Assembly: GCA_002269645.1 (NCBI GenBank)
Contig: NIVC01000127.1
Coordinates: 434,001 to 498,000, forward strand
Direction: 5' to 3'
Length of the DNA: 64,000 nt
Source: Macrostomum lignano
Taxonomy: Eukaryota
Shown here: in pieces, positions 1 through 12,771 of the stretch
How positions within the stretch are numbered: position 1 is the first letter of the stretch
How the letters are laid out: every line of letters starts with the position of its first letter
Notes under the pieces: generated by a model
What the model was told of the DNA's origin: nothing
Databases searched by the model: none
Seen by the model: the letters and a program-made list of their open reading frames with translations, nothing else
Program-made: the position numbers and the translations under genes

Positions 1-1720
1 TGGGATCAATGAGGACATTGGATCATTCAGGTGATGGGATCAATGAGGACAATAGATCATTCAGGTGATGGGATCAATGAGGACATTGGATCATTCAGGT
101 GATGGGATCAATGAGGACATTGGATCATTCAGGTGATGGGATCAATAAGGACAATGGATCATTCAGCTGATGGGATCAATGAGGAAATTGGATCATTCAG
201 CTGATGGGATCAATGAGGACATTGGATCATTCAGCTGATGGGATCAATGAGGACATTGGATCATTCAGCTGATGGATCAATGAGGACATTGGATCATTCA
301 GCTGATGGGATCAATGAGGACATTGGATCATTCAGCTAATGGGATCAATGAGGAAAATGGATCATTCAGCTGATGGATCAATGAGGACATTGGATCATTC
401 AGGTGATGGGATCAATGAGGACATTGGATCATTCAGCTGATGGGATCAATGAGGACAATGGATCATTCAGCTGATGGGATCAATGAGGACAATGGATCAT
501 TCAGGTGATGGGATCAATGAGAACAATGGATCATTCAGCTGATGGGATCAATGAGGACATTGGATCATTCAGCTGATGGGATCAATGAGGACATTGGATC
601 ATTCAGGTGATGGGATCAATGAGGACAATGGATCATTCAGCTGATGGGATTAATGAGGACAATGGATCATTCAGCTGATGGGATTAATGAGGACAATGGA
701 TCATTCAGCTGATGGGATTAATGAGGACAATGGATCATTCAGCTGATGGGATCAATGAGGACATTGGATCATTCAGGTGATGGGATCAATGAGGACATTA
801 GATCATTCAGCTGATGGGATCAATGAGGACATTGGATCATTCAGCTGATGGGATCAATGAGGACATTGGATCATTCAGGTGATGGGATCAATGAGGAAAT
901 GGGATCATTCAGGTGATGGGATCAATGAGGAAATGGGATCAATGAGGAAATGGGATCATTCAGCTGATGGGATCAATGAGGACATTGGATCATTCAGGTG
1001 ATGGGATCAATGAGGACATTGGATCATTCAGCTGATGGGATCAATGAGGACATTGGATCATTCAGCTGATGGGATCAATGAGGACATTGGATCATTCAGG
1101 TGATGGGATCAATGAGGACATTGGATCATTTAGGTGATGGGATCAATGAGGAAATGGGATCAATGAGGAAATGGGATCATTCAGGTGATGGGATCAATGA
1201 GGAAATGGGATCATTCAGGTGATGGGATCAATGAGGACATTGGATCATTCAGCTGATGGATCAATGAGGACATTGGATCATTCAGGTGATGGGATCAATG
1301 AGGAAATGGGATCATTCAGGTGATGGGATCAATGAGGAAATGGGATCAATGAGGAAATGGGATCATTCAGGTGATGGGATCAATGAGGAAATTGGATCAT
1401 TCAGGTGATGGGATCAATGAGGAAATGGGATCATTCAGCTGATGGGATCAATGAGGACATTGGATCATTCAGGTGATGGGATCAATGAGGAAATTGGATC
1501 ATTTAGGTGATGGGATCAATGAGGAAATGGGATCAATGAGGAAATGGGATCATTCAGGTGATGGGATCAATGAGGAAATGGGATCATTCAGGTGATGGGA
1601 TCAATGAGGACATTGGATCATTCAGCTGATGGGATCAACGGACATTGGATCATTCAGCTGTTGGGATCAACGTGGACATTGGATCATTCAGCTGATGGGA
1701 TCAACGTGGACATTGGATCG
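1..1720. repeat. 34-bp minisatellite (TGGGATCAATGAGGACATTGGATCATTCAGGTGA)n in POLR1B intron 2
   Basis: About 50 tandem units with point variants, running off the window start and ending just before the exon donor at 1790. Confidence 0.97.
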
Positions 1721-1790
1721 TTCAGTTGGATAAAAAATGAAGAGACATATCAAGATTCCAGATCAGGTCAGGATAATCCCCCAGCTTCAC

Positions 1791-2213
1791 CTCGTCGTCG
1801 GTAACGCAGCGCACAATGACGGCCTTGTCGGAGAACCATTTTCCTTTCTTAACAAAGGAAGGCCGACACACGGATATGGGATAATTCCTCCTGGGCATAA
1901 TTAGCATTCGGATAATCCGCTCGTTGCCATTGACAATAAAATAACCGCCTGCCTCGTTGTGCTCCTCGTGAGCCGCGACCAGCTCGGCCCCAGATTTGCC
2001 AAACAGGCTGCACACTCGGGACCGGACCATGATTGGCACGCTGCCAAGCCGGGTGTCCAGCGACTCCACCAGCTGGCCGTTGACCCGGAATTCTAGCCGG
2101 CCAACCAGGCCGCCAGTATAGGTGGCGCCCGAGCGGCGGCACTGGCTGGGCAGCAAGGGCCGCTGGCTCAGCTCGTCTGTTGGCGACTTCAGCTCCAGAC
2201 TGGCGATTGACAC
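1791..2213 (-). CDS. POLR1B: RNA polymerase I second-largest subunit (RPA2/RPA135), coding exon 2; gene continues beyond window start
   Basis: Translation LGSVPIMVRSRVCSL...[32 protein letters not shown] matches recalled POLR1B LGYVPIMVKSKLCNL...[33 protein letters not shown]. Acceptor ctccaag|GTG at 2214/2213, donor GAG|gtgaag at 1791/1790. Confidence 0.95.
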
Positions 2214-2269
2214 CTTGGAGATTAGGGATTGGGAAGCATTTAATCTGGATCTTCAGTTGGTCTCTCTCC

Positions 2270-5200
2270 CCTGATGCTTCAGCGGGTCTCCCTGATCCCC
2301 TGATGCTTCATTGGGTCTCCCTGATCCCCTAATGCTTCATTGGGTCTCCCTGATCCCCTGATGCTTCATTGGGTCTCCCTGATCCCCTGATGCTTCATTG
2401 GGTCTCCCTGATCCCCTGATGCTTCATTGGGTCTCCCTGATCCCCTGATGCTTCATTGGGTCTCCCTGATCCCCTGATGCTTCATTGGGTCTCCCTGATC
2501 CCCTGATGCTTCATTGGGTCTCCCTGATCCCCTGATGCTTCATTGGGTCTCCCTGATGCTTCATTGGGTCTCCCTGATCCCCTGATGCTTCATTGGGTCT
2601 CCCTGATCCCCTGATGCTTCATTGGGTCTCCCTGATCCCCTGATGCTTCATTGGGTCTCCCTGATCCCCTGATGCTTCATTGGGTCTCCCTGATGCTTCA
2701 TTGGGTCTCCCTGATCCCCTGATGCTTCATTGGGTCTCCCTGATGCTTCATTGGGTCTCCCTGATCCCCTGATGCTTCATTGGGTCTCCCTGATCCCCTG
2801 ATGCTTCATTGGGTCTCCCTGATCCCCTGATGCTTCATTGGGTCTCCCTGATCCCCTGATGCTTCATTGGGTCTCCCTGATCCCCTGATGCTTCATTGGG
2901 TCTCCCTGATCCCCTGATGCTTCATTGGGTCTCCCTGATGCTTCATTGGGTCTCCCTGATGCTTCATTGGGTCCCCTGATCCCCTGATGCTTCATTAGGT
3001 CTCCCTGATCCCCTGATGCTTCATTGGGTCTCCCTGATCCCCTGATGCTTCATTGGGTCTCCCTGATCCCCTGATGCTTCATTGGGTCTCCCTGATCCCC
3101 TGATGCTTCAGCGGTCTCCCTGATCCCCTGATGCTTCATTGGGTCTCCCTGATCCCCTGATGCTTCATTGGGTCTCCCTGATCCCCTGATGCTTCATTGG
3201 GTCTCCCTGATCCCCTGATGCTTCATTGGGTCTCCCTGATGCTTCATTGGGTCCCCTGATCCCCTGATGCTTCATTGGGTCTCCCTGATTTCCTGATGCT
3301 TCATTGGGTCTCCCTGATCCCCTGATGCTTCATTGGGTCTCCCTGATCCCCTGATGCTTCATTGGCTGTCCCTGATCCCCTGATGCTTCATTAGGTCTCC
3401 CTGATCCCCTGATGCTTCATTGGGTCTCCCTGATCCCCTGATGCTTCATTGGGTCTCCCTGATCCCCTGATGCTTCATTGGGTCTCCCTGATCCCCTGAT
3501 GCTTCATTGGGTCTCCCTGATCCCCTGATGCTTCATTGGGTCTCCCTGATCCCCTGATGTTCATTGGGTCTCCCTGATCCCCTGATGCTTCATTGGGTCT
3601 CCCTGATCCCCTGATGCTTCATTGGGTCTCCCTGATCCCCTGATGCTTCATTGGGTCTCCCTGATGCCCTGATGCTTCATTGGGTCTCCCTGATCCCCTG
3701 ATGCTTCATTGGGTCTCCCTGATGCTTCATTGGGTCTCCCTGATGGTTCATTGGGTCCCCTGATCCCCTGATGCTTCATTGGGTCTCCCTGATCCCCTGA
3801 TGCTTCATTGGGTCTCCCTGATCCCCTGATGCTTCATTGGGTCTCCCTGATCCCCTGATGCTTCATTGGGTCTCCCTGATCCCCTGATGCTTCATTGGGT
3901 CTCCCTGATCCCCTGATGCTTCATTGGGTCTCCCTGATCCCCTGATGCTTCATTGGGTCTCCCTGATGCTTCATTGGGTCTCCCTGATCCCCTGATGCTT
4001 CATTGGGTCTCCCTGATCCCCTGATGCTTCATTGGGTCTCCCTGATCCCCTGATGCTTCATTGGGTCTCCCTGATCCCCTGATGCTTCATTGGGTCTCCC
4101 TGATCCCCTGATGCTTCATTGGGTCTCCCTGATGCTTCATTGGGTCTCCCTGATCCCCTGATGCTTCATTGGGTCTCCCTGATGCTTCATTGGGTCTCCC
4201 TGATCCCCTGATGCTTCATTGGGTCTCCCTGATCCCCTGATGCTTCATTGGGTCTCCCTGATCCCCTGATGCTTCATTGGGTCTCCCTGATCCCCTGATG
4301 CTTCATTGGGTCTCCCTGATCCCCTGATGCTTCATTGGGTCTCCCTGATGCTTCATTGGGTCTCCCTGATGCTTCATTGGGTCCCCTGATCCCCTGATGC
4401 TTCATTAGGTCTCCCTGATCCCCTGATGCTTCATTGGGTCTCCCTGATCCCCTGATGCTTCATTGGGTCTCCCTGATCCCCTGATGCTTCATTGGGTCTC
4501 CCTGATCCCCTGATGCTTCAGCGGGTCTCCCTGATCCCCTGATGCTTCATTGGGTCTCCCTGATCCCCTGATGCTTCATTGGGTCTCCCTGATCCCCTGA
4601 TGCTTCATTGGGTCTCCCTGATGCTTCATTGGGTCCCCTGATCCCCTGATGCTTCATTGGGTCTCCCTGATTTCCTGATGCTTCATTGGGTCTCCCTGAT
4701 CCCCTGATGCTTCATTGGGTCTCCCTGATCCCCTGATGCTTCATTGGCTGTCCCTGATCCCCTGATGCTTCATTAGGTCTCCCTGATCCCCTGATGCTTC
4801 ATTGGGTCTCCCTGATCCCCTGATGTTCATTGGGTCTCCCTGATCCCCTGATGCTTCATTGGGTCTCCCTGATCCCCTGATGCTTCATTGGGTCTCCCTG
4901 ATCCCCTGATGCTTCATTGGGTCTCCCTGATCCCCTGATGCTTCATTGGGTCTCCCTGATCCCCTGATGCTTCATTGGGTCTCCCTGATCCCCTGATGCT
5001 TCATTGGGTCTCCCTGATCCCCTGATGCTTCATTGGGTCTCCCTGATCCCCTGATGCTTCATTGGGTCTCCCTGATCCCCTGATGCTTCATTGGGTCTCC
5101 CTGATCCCCTGATGCTTCATTGGGTCTCCCTGATCCCCTGATGCTTCATTGGGTCTCCCTGATCCCCTGATGCTTCATTGGGTCTCCCTGATCCCCTGAT

Positions 5201-7230
5201 GCTTCATTGGGTCTCCCTGATCCCCTGATGTCTCCCTGATCCCCTGATGGGGTCTCCCTGATCCCCTGATGCTTCATTGGGTCTCCCTGATCCCCTGATG
5301 CTTCATTGGGTCTCCCTGATGCTTCATTGGGTCCCCTGATCCCCTGATGCTTCATTGGGTCTCCCTGATTTCCTGATGCTTCATTGGGTCTCCCTGATCC
5401 CCTGATGCTTCATTGGGTCTCCCTGATCCCCTGATGCTTCATTGGCTGTCCCTGATCCCCTGATGCTTCATTAGGTCTCCCTGATCCCTGATGCTTCATT
5501 GGGTCTCCCTGATCCCCTGATGTTCATTGGGTCTCCCTGATCCCCTGATGCTTCATTGGGTCTCCCTGATCCCCTGATGCTTCATTGGGTCTCCCTGATC
5601 CCCTGATGCTTCATTGGGTCTCCCTGATCCCCTGATGCTTCATTGGGTCTCCCTGATCCCCTGATGTTCATTGGGTCTCCCTGATCCCCTGATGCTTCAT
5701 TGGGTCTCCCTGATCCCCTGATGCTTCATTGGGTCTCCCTGATCCCCTGATGCTTCATTGGGTCTCCCTGATGCCCTGATGCTTCATTGGGTCTCCCTGA
5801 TCCCCTGATGCTTCATTGGGTCTCCCTGATGCTTCATTGGGTCTCCCTGATCCCCTGATGCTTCATTGGGTCTCCCTGATCCCCTGATGCTTCATTGGGT
5901 CTCCCTGATCCCCTGATGCTTCATTGGGTCTCCCTGATCCCCTGATGCTTCATTGGGTCTCCCTGATGCTTCATTGGGTCTCCCTGATCCCCTGATGCTT
6001 CATTGGGTCTCCCTGATCCCCTGATGCTTCATTGGGTCTCCCTGATCCCCTGATGCTTCATTGGGTCTCCCTGATCCCCTGATGCTTCATTGGGTCTCCC
6101 TGATGCTTCATTGGGTCTCCCTGATCCCCTGATGCTTCATTGGGTCTCCCTGATGCTTCATTGGGTCTCCCTGATCCCCTGATGCTTCATTGGGTCTCCC
6201 TGATCCCCTGATGCTTCATTGGGTCTCCCTGATGCTTCATTGGGTCTCCCTGATCCCCTGATGCTTCATTGGGTCTCCCTGATCCCCTGATGTTCATTGG
6301 GTCTCCCTGATCCCCTGATGCTTCATTGGGTCTCCCTGATCCCCTGATGCTTCATTGGGTCTCCCTGATGCTTCATTGGGTCCCCTGATCCCCTGATGCT
6401 TCATTGGGTCTCCCTGATTTCCTGATGCTTCATTGGGTCTCCCTGATCCCCTGATGCTTCATTGGGTCTCCCTGATCCCCTGATGCTTCATTGGCTGTCC
6501 CTGATCCCCTGATGCTTCATTAGGTCTCCCTGATCCCCTGATGCTTCATTGGGTCTCCCTGATCCCCTGATGTTCATTGGGTCTCCCTGATCCCCTGATG
6601 CTTCATTGGGTCTCCCTGATCCCCTGATGCTTCATTGGGTCTCCCTGATCCCCTGATGCTTCATTGGGTCTCCCTGATCCCCTGATGCTTCATTGGGTCT
6701 CCCTGATCCCCTGATGCTTCATTGGGTCTCCCTGATCCCCTGATGCTTCATTGGGTCTCCCTGATCCCCTGATGCTTCATTGGGTCTCCCTGATCCCCTG
6801 ATGCTTCATTGGGTCTCCCTGATCCCCTGATGCTTCATTGGGTCTCCCTGATCCCCTGATGCTTCATTGGGTCTCCCTGATCCCCTGATGCTTCATTGGG
6901 TCTCCCTGATCCCCTGATGCTTCATTGGGTCTCCCTGATCCCCTGATGTTCATTGGGTCTCCCTGATCCCCTGATGCTTCATTGGGTCTCCCTGATCCCC
7001 TGATGCTTCATTGGGTCTCCCTGATCCCCTGATGCTTCATTGGGTCTCCCTGATGCCCTGATGCTTCATTGGGTCTCCCTGATCCCCTGATGCTTCATTG
7101 GGTCTCCCTGATGCTTCATTGGGTCTCCCTGATGGTTCATTGGGTCCCCTGATCCCCTGATGCTTCATTGGGTCCCCTGATCCCCTGATGCTTCATTGGG
7201 TCTCCCTGATTTCCTGATGCTTCATCGGGT
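2270..7230. repeat. 29-bp minisatellite (GGGTCTCCCTGATCCCCTGATGCTTCATT)n filling POLR1B intron 1
   Basis: About 5 kb of tandem units with recurring variant units. Confidence 0.97.
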
Positions 7231-7355
7231 CTCCCCTACATTTTTAGGGCCAGAACCCGACAGAAAGTGGGCTAAACGCTTATCCAGGTCTCTGCTATAT
7301 CTTCAAGAATGCAGTAGTTCAACAAAGAAAAAACTCGGACACAGATCAAACTCAC

Positions 7356-7481
7356 CTGAACCCGAGACCGGCCAGCGTGCGCATCGGCATAGACTGTCGG
7401 CAGGCTGCGGGCAGCCAAGCTGAGACCTCGCTGTACAACAAAATTAAAGGAATCCAAGTGCGGCCTGGACAGATCCTGCAT
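7356..7481 (-). CDS. POLR1B: POLR1B coding exon 1 (MQDLSRPHLDSFNFVVQRGLSLAARSLP...)
   Basis: Matches recalled RPA2 N-terminus [28 protein letters not shown]. Donor CAG|gtgagt at 7356/7355 is phase 0 and joins exon 2 in frame. True start may lie slightly upstream. Confidence 0.88.
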
Positions 7482-7589
7482 TGTTTGCTTCTACTGCCGC
7501 CGGCGCTTTACGGTTGGAATGGAATTGTTGTGATGCTTGGTATTGGAAACTAGGAATTAGTAGCAATTATAGACATCCTATAAAATATG

Positions 7590-7710
7590 AGCACTCATAC
7601 ACACGCTCACACAGGGTGTACAATGGCCCAGACACTCTAATGTGTTTGAATCGCACACACAAGCCTTCAAATTGGCCGCGCGAGGAATCGAACCAGGGGT
7701 CTTTGAAGCG
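7590..7710 (-). mobile_element. tRNA-derived SINE fragment
   Basis: Reverse strand has B-box GGTTCGATTCC (7684-7694) and the body motif TGTACACCCTGTGTGAGCGTGTGT shared with copies near 23.36, 42.92 and 60.07 kb. Confidence 0.6.
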
Positions 7711-8237
7711 AAACTTTGTTCTGCTTCTTAATAATATACAACCTATACTACTGGCCTACCTATTAAAATAAGTAGTATGCAACAACTATAGTACAAGCTG
7801 TCTAATTCACAAGAAAGAACAATGCAATAACAATAACAATAACAAATTTATCCAGCACAAAGTTTATACATGGTGAGCAAGCACCTTTGGCATACATGTT
7901 TGATTACTGTTTGAAAAAATATAGTTATACACATTTTGTTTTGACCGGAGGAAAAAGTAGTTGGAAAAATTTATTGGAAAATGTTAAGCTACACTTTTTT
8001 ATATTTGCCATTGCAATTAGAAAACTTTATAAAGACAGAAATGCCAATTGGGTAGGAAAAAGTTTAATAGCTAATTTATAAAAAATACTTCTCAGCAATG
8101 AATTAGAAGTATATTGGAGGAAAAATATAACATTTATTTGGAAATACGGCACATGGTTTGTTACTAAATAACAACTGCATCAAGGCAACGGGGAAAGCAT
8201 TGGCACTTATTAACTAGAGCTTTAGAATTAGCGATCC

Positions 8238-9058
8238 ATGCTGGCTAGCAATCCACTCTATACTAGCAATCCACTCTATGCTAGCAATCCACTCTATGCT
8301 AGCAATTTACTCTATGCTAGCAATCCACTCTATGCTAGCAATCCACACTATGCTAGCAATCCACTCTATGCTAGCAATTTACTCTATGCTAGCAATCCAC
8401 TCTATGCTAGCAATCCACTCTATGCTAGCAATCCACACTATGCTAGCAATCCACTCTATGCTAGCAATCCACTCTATGCTAGCAATTCACTCTATGCTAG
8501 CAATCCACTCTATGCTAGCAATCCACACTATGCTAGCAATCCACTCTATGTTAGCAATCCACTCTATGTTAGCAATCCACTCTATGTTTGCAAATACAAT
8601 ACTATATACTAGCAATCCACTCTATGTTAGCAATCCACTCTATGTTAGCAATCCACTCTATACTAGCAATCCACTCTATGTTAGCAATCCACACTATGTT
8701 AGCAATCCACTCTATGTTAGCAATCCACTCTATGTTAGCAATCCACTCTATGTTAGCAATCCACTCTATGTTAGCAAATACTATATACTAGCAATCCACT
8801 CTATGTTAGCAATCCACTCTATACTAGCAATCCACTCTATACTAGCAATCCACTCTATGCTAGCAATCCACTCTATACTAGCAATCCACTCTATGCTAGC
8901 AATTCACTCTATGCTAGCAATCCACTCTATGCTAGCAATCCACTCTATGCTAGCAATCCACTCTATGCTAGCAATCCACTCTATGCTAGCAATCCACTCT
9001 ATACTAGCAATCCACTCTATACTAGCAATCCACTCTATACTAGCAATCCATTCTATCT
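8238..9058. repeat. 18-bp minisatellite (CTAGCAATCCACTCTATG)n
   Basis: About 45 tandem units between the MYND gene and POLR1B. Confidence 0.96.
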
Positions 9059-9163
9059 GAGTGCTATCCGAGGCTAGCCGCTTGTAACTAATAAAACTGA
9101 ACGGATAAGAAGCACATAGATTAAAAACGGAGCTGAAATGCAGTGCACGGCCAGGCCGCAGCG

Positions 9164-9443
9164 CTAAGCTACAAAGATGACGGGCGGATCCGTCGGATCA
9201 ACTGGCAGCGCCAAAAAGTCGTCAATTAGCATGTTGCGACGAATCGCCACGTCCACTACCCCGGCTAAGTCGGGCAGCGGCCGGCCGAGCAGCTTCTTAT
9301 AGCCGGCCAGTAGCTCTTTAACATCTGTCAGCACCTCGTTGTTGCTGTCGATCAGGTACACTGGGATTGGAACCGTTTTATTTCGGCCGCCAGTTGGCCA
9401 GGTCTGCAGGAAGACGCTGCCCGGAAGGGCGCCCATGAAAAGT
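9164..9443 (-). CDS. MYND zinc-finger protein, exon 2 (terminal)
   Basis: Acceptor cctctctccctctccag|A at 9444/9443 completes the phase-2 codon AG|A; open to stop at 9164. Confidence 0.8.
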
Positions 9444-9465
9444 CTGGAGAGGGAGAGAGGGTTGG

Positions 9466-9880
9466 TCCAGCCAATCAGAATCTGGGGAATCCCAGGCCCG
9501 CCTGAAACCAGCCAATCAGAATCTGGGGAATCCTAGGCCCGCCTGAAATCAGCCAATCAGAATCTAGGGAATCCCATACCCGTCTGAAACCAGCCAATCA
9601 GAATCTAGGCAATCTCAGACCCGTCTGAAACAATCCAATCAGAATCTGGGAAATCTCATATCCGCCTGAAACCAGCCAATCAGAATCTGGGAAATCTCAT
9701 ATCCGCCTGAAACCAGCCAATCAGAATCTGGGGAATCCCAGACCTGTCTGAAACCAGCCAATCGGAATTTGGTGAATCCCAGGCCCGTCTGAAACCAGCC
9801 AATCAGAATCTGGTGAATTCCAGGGCCGTCTGAAGCCAGCCAATCAGAATCTGGGGAATCCCAGCCGCGCCTAAAATCAG
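9466..9880. repeat. 41-bp minisatellite (CCAGCCAATCAGAATCTGGGGAATCCCAGGCCCGCCTGAAA)n in MYND gene intron
   Basis: About 10 diverged tandem units. Confidence 0.93.
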
Positions 9881-9909
9881 TAAATAAGAATCCAATCCAA
9901 ACCACATAC

Positions 9910-10385
9910 CTGCCAACAAACATGTTCGGTAGCGCGAAGGCGCTGCTGCCGCAGCAATCCAGCAGCTCTTCCCCGTGATCGTCGGCCACTACGTCGTCAT
10001 CTTCGGAGCAATAGGCGGCGCCAATCCGCTCGGAGAACTGGCAACGGGCGCGCAGCCGGGCCAGGGTCTGGCATTCTTGCTTGTGCATTGGCCAGTCTTT
10101 GCGCTGGCACTCTCTGCCGCAGTACCAGCGGTTGGTGCAGGCGCCGCACCGACGACACGAGCCGGCGCCTTTGCCGCACTGTGAGCAGGCGCCTATCCTC
10201 GGGTCAATTAGCCGATCAATGAAGTCTTTATTGTTGTCCGCAACTTTTTTCACTTGAATCTTGGTTTTACTACTTCGATTAGCAGTGGCAGTCGTGCTAA
10301 AAGTTTCTTTGCTTTTGCCGACCTGGCAAACTCTGCCAGTGCTGCTGCTGTTGTTGCTTCGGTCTTTGAGGCTGGCTTTCTGCAT
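9910..10385 (-). CDS. MYND zinc-finger protein, exon 1
   Basis: CSQC...CGAC...YCGREC...DWPMHKQEC is a canonical zf-MYND. Donor GGCAG|gtatgt at 9910/9909. Start taken as the first in-frame ATG (10385); joined CDS is 251 aa. Confidence 0.82.
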
Positions 10386-10489
10386 GGCTGCTTGCCTGCT
10401 TGCTGGGCATGCAGTAATATTCGTAGCAGTAGTAAATAGCGAATGTGCCAGAAATTCAAATACCAACACTAAAAATAGACTAGCAGTTA

Positions 10490-12160
10490 GGACTCAGGAC
10501 ACCAGTTGGGATTCAGGACACCAGTTGGGGTTCAGGACACCAGCTGGGATTCAGGACACCAGTTGGGATTCAGGACACCAGTTGGGATTCAGGACACCAG
10601 CTGGGATTCAGGACACCAGTTGGGATTCAGGACACCAGCTGGGATTCAGGACACCAGTTGGGATTCAGGACTCCAGTTGGGATTCAGGACACCAGTTGGG
10701 ACTCAAGACACTAGTTGGGATTCAGGACACCAGCTGGGATTCAGGACACCAGCTGGGATTCAGAACACCAGTTAGGACTCAGGAATCCAGTTGGGATTCA
10801 GGACACCAGTTGGGATTCAGGACACCAGCTGGGATTCAGGACACCAGTTGGGATTCAGGACACCAGTTGGGATTCAGGACACCAGTTGGGATTCAGGACA
10901 CCAGTTGGGATTCAGGACACCAGTTGGGATTCAGGACACCAGTTGGGATTCAGGACACCAGTTGGGACTCAAGACACTAGTTGGGATTCAGGACACCAGC
11001 TGGGATTCAGGACACCAGCTGGGATTCAGAACACCAGTTAGGACTCAGGACACCAGTTGGGATTCAGGACACCAGTTGGGATTCAGGACACCAGTTGGGA
11101 TTTAGGACACCAGTTGGGATTCAGGAAACCAGTTGGGATTCAGGACACCAGTTGGGATTCAGGACTCCAGTTGGGATTCAGGACACCAGCTGGGATTCAG
11201 GACACCAGTTGGGATTCAGGACACCAGTTGGGATTTAGGACACCAGTTGGGATTCAGGACACTAGTTGGGATTCAGGACACCAGTTGGGATTCAGGACAC
11301 CAGTTGGAATTCAGGACACCAGTTGGGATTCAGGACACCAGTTGGGATTCAGGACACTAGTTGGGATTCAGGACACCAGCTGGGATTCAGGACACCAGTT
11401 GGGATTCAGGAAACCAGTTGGGATTCAGGACACCAGTTGGGATTCAGGACTCCAGTTGGGATTTAGGACACCAGTTGGGATTCAGGAAACCAGTTGGGAT
11501 TCAGGACACCAGTTGGGATTCAGGACACCAGTTGGGATTCAGGACACTAGTTGGGATTCAGGACACCAGCTGGGATTCAGGACACCAGTTGGGATTCAGG
11601 ACACTAGTTGGGATTCAGGACACCAGTTGGGATTTAGGACACTAGTTGGGATTCAGGACACCAGTTGGGATTCAGGACACCAGTTGGGATTCAGGACACC
11701 AGTTGGGATTCAGGACACCAGTTGGGACTCAGGACACCAGCTGGGATTCAGGACACCAGTTGGGATTCAGGACACCAGTTGAGATTCAGGACACCAGTTG
11801 GGATTCAGGACACCAGTTGGGATTCAGGAAACCAGTTGGGATTCAGGACACCAGTTGGGATTCAGGACTCCAGTTGGGATTCAGGACACCAGCTGGGATT
11901 CAGGACACCAGTTGGGATTCAGGACACCAGTTGGGATTTAGGACACCAGTTGGGATTCAGGACACTAGTTGGGATTCAGGACACCAGTTGGGATTCAGGA
12001 CACCAGTTGGAATTCAGGACACCAGTTGGGATTCAGGACACCAGTTGGGATTCAGGACACTAGTTGGGATTCAGGACACCAGTTGGGATTCAGGACACCA
12101 GTTGAGATTCAGGACACCAGTTGGGATTCAGGACACCAGTTGGGATTCAGGACACCAGTC
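10490..12160. repeat. 19-bp minisatellite (CAGGACACCAGTTGGGATT)n
   Basis: About 88 tandem units; source of many spurious ORFs. Confidence 0.97.
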
Positions 12161-12771
12161 AGACAGGTATTTGAGATCCGTGTAATCCAACACTAACTGA
12201 GCATAAGCATAAAAGCAGCTGAGGTCACACTCAAACAGCCAAATGAATAAGTCACAACAAGAATTGAATAGGTAGGAAAGTGAGCACGGGAAGAGACGGA
12301 ATTTATTGATTTATTTATTGGAGTTGAAGTTGTGAGGGTAGTGGCGTCTAAGCTTTGGAAATAAAGGCACAGTTACGAGTACTTCGCGACCTGGACACAA
12401 ACAGACAAAATCAATGCATAACTTACTCGTACGACAGTACAAAAGAGTTTTTAAAAAGCTAGCACAATTTAAAACCACGCAAAACTAAGGAATGAGTCAC
12501 AAACCTGCCCGACAAAATGCACACATAAAGAGAATGATAGAGAATTTTAACTTAGAAGAAAAAAATTTTGGATAAAAAACTACGGTAAAAAGTACAACAA
12601 AAAGTCTAAAAAAACTTGATTCAAAAAAGAAATAAGAAAAGGGTGGGCGTGTATCTGAATTCGCAGTTGTCAGTCAGCTGGTAAAAAACATCAAGATCAG
12701 AGCTTCATCAATCAGTGAGCAGAAGTCAAAGCGTTAAGTTATCAATTACTGAGTCAGAAGAAAAATTTGAG

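Noticed and set aside
1-7230. Common origin of the 34-bp and 29-bp POLR1B intron satellites (shared GGGATCA and CAATGA in opposite orientation)
   Set aside because: Only two 6-7-bp matches in a different arrangement; not distinguishable from chance by eye
1-12160. Regular repeat arrays as possible CRISPR
   Set aside because: Units are contiguous with no unique spacers, there are no cas genes, and the DNA is eukaryotic with spliceosomal introns
10261-12196. Long ORFs of GFRTPVGIQDTSWDSGHQL repeats (and similar at 8238-9060, 15519-16829, 26661-27334, 30059-30880, 54409-56449, 57011-57565, 63045-63545)
   Set aside because: Translations of tandem repeats, open in several frames and often on both strands; no domain content
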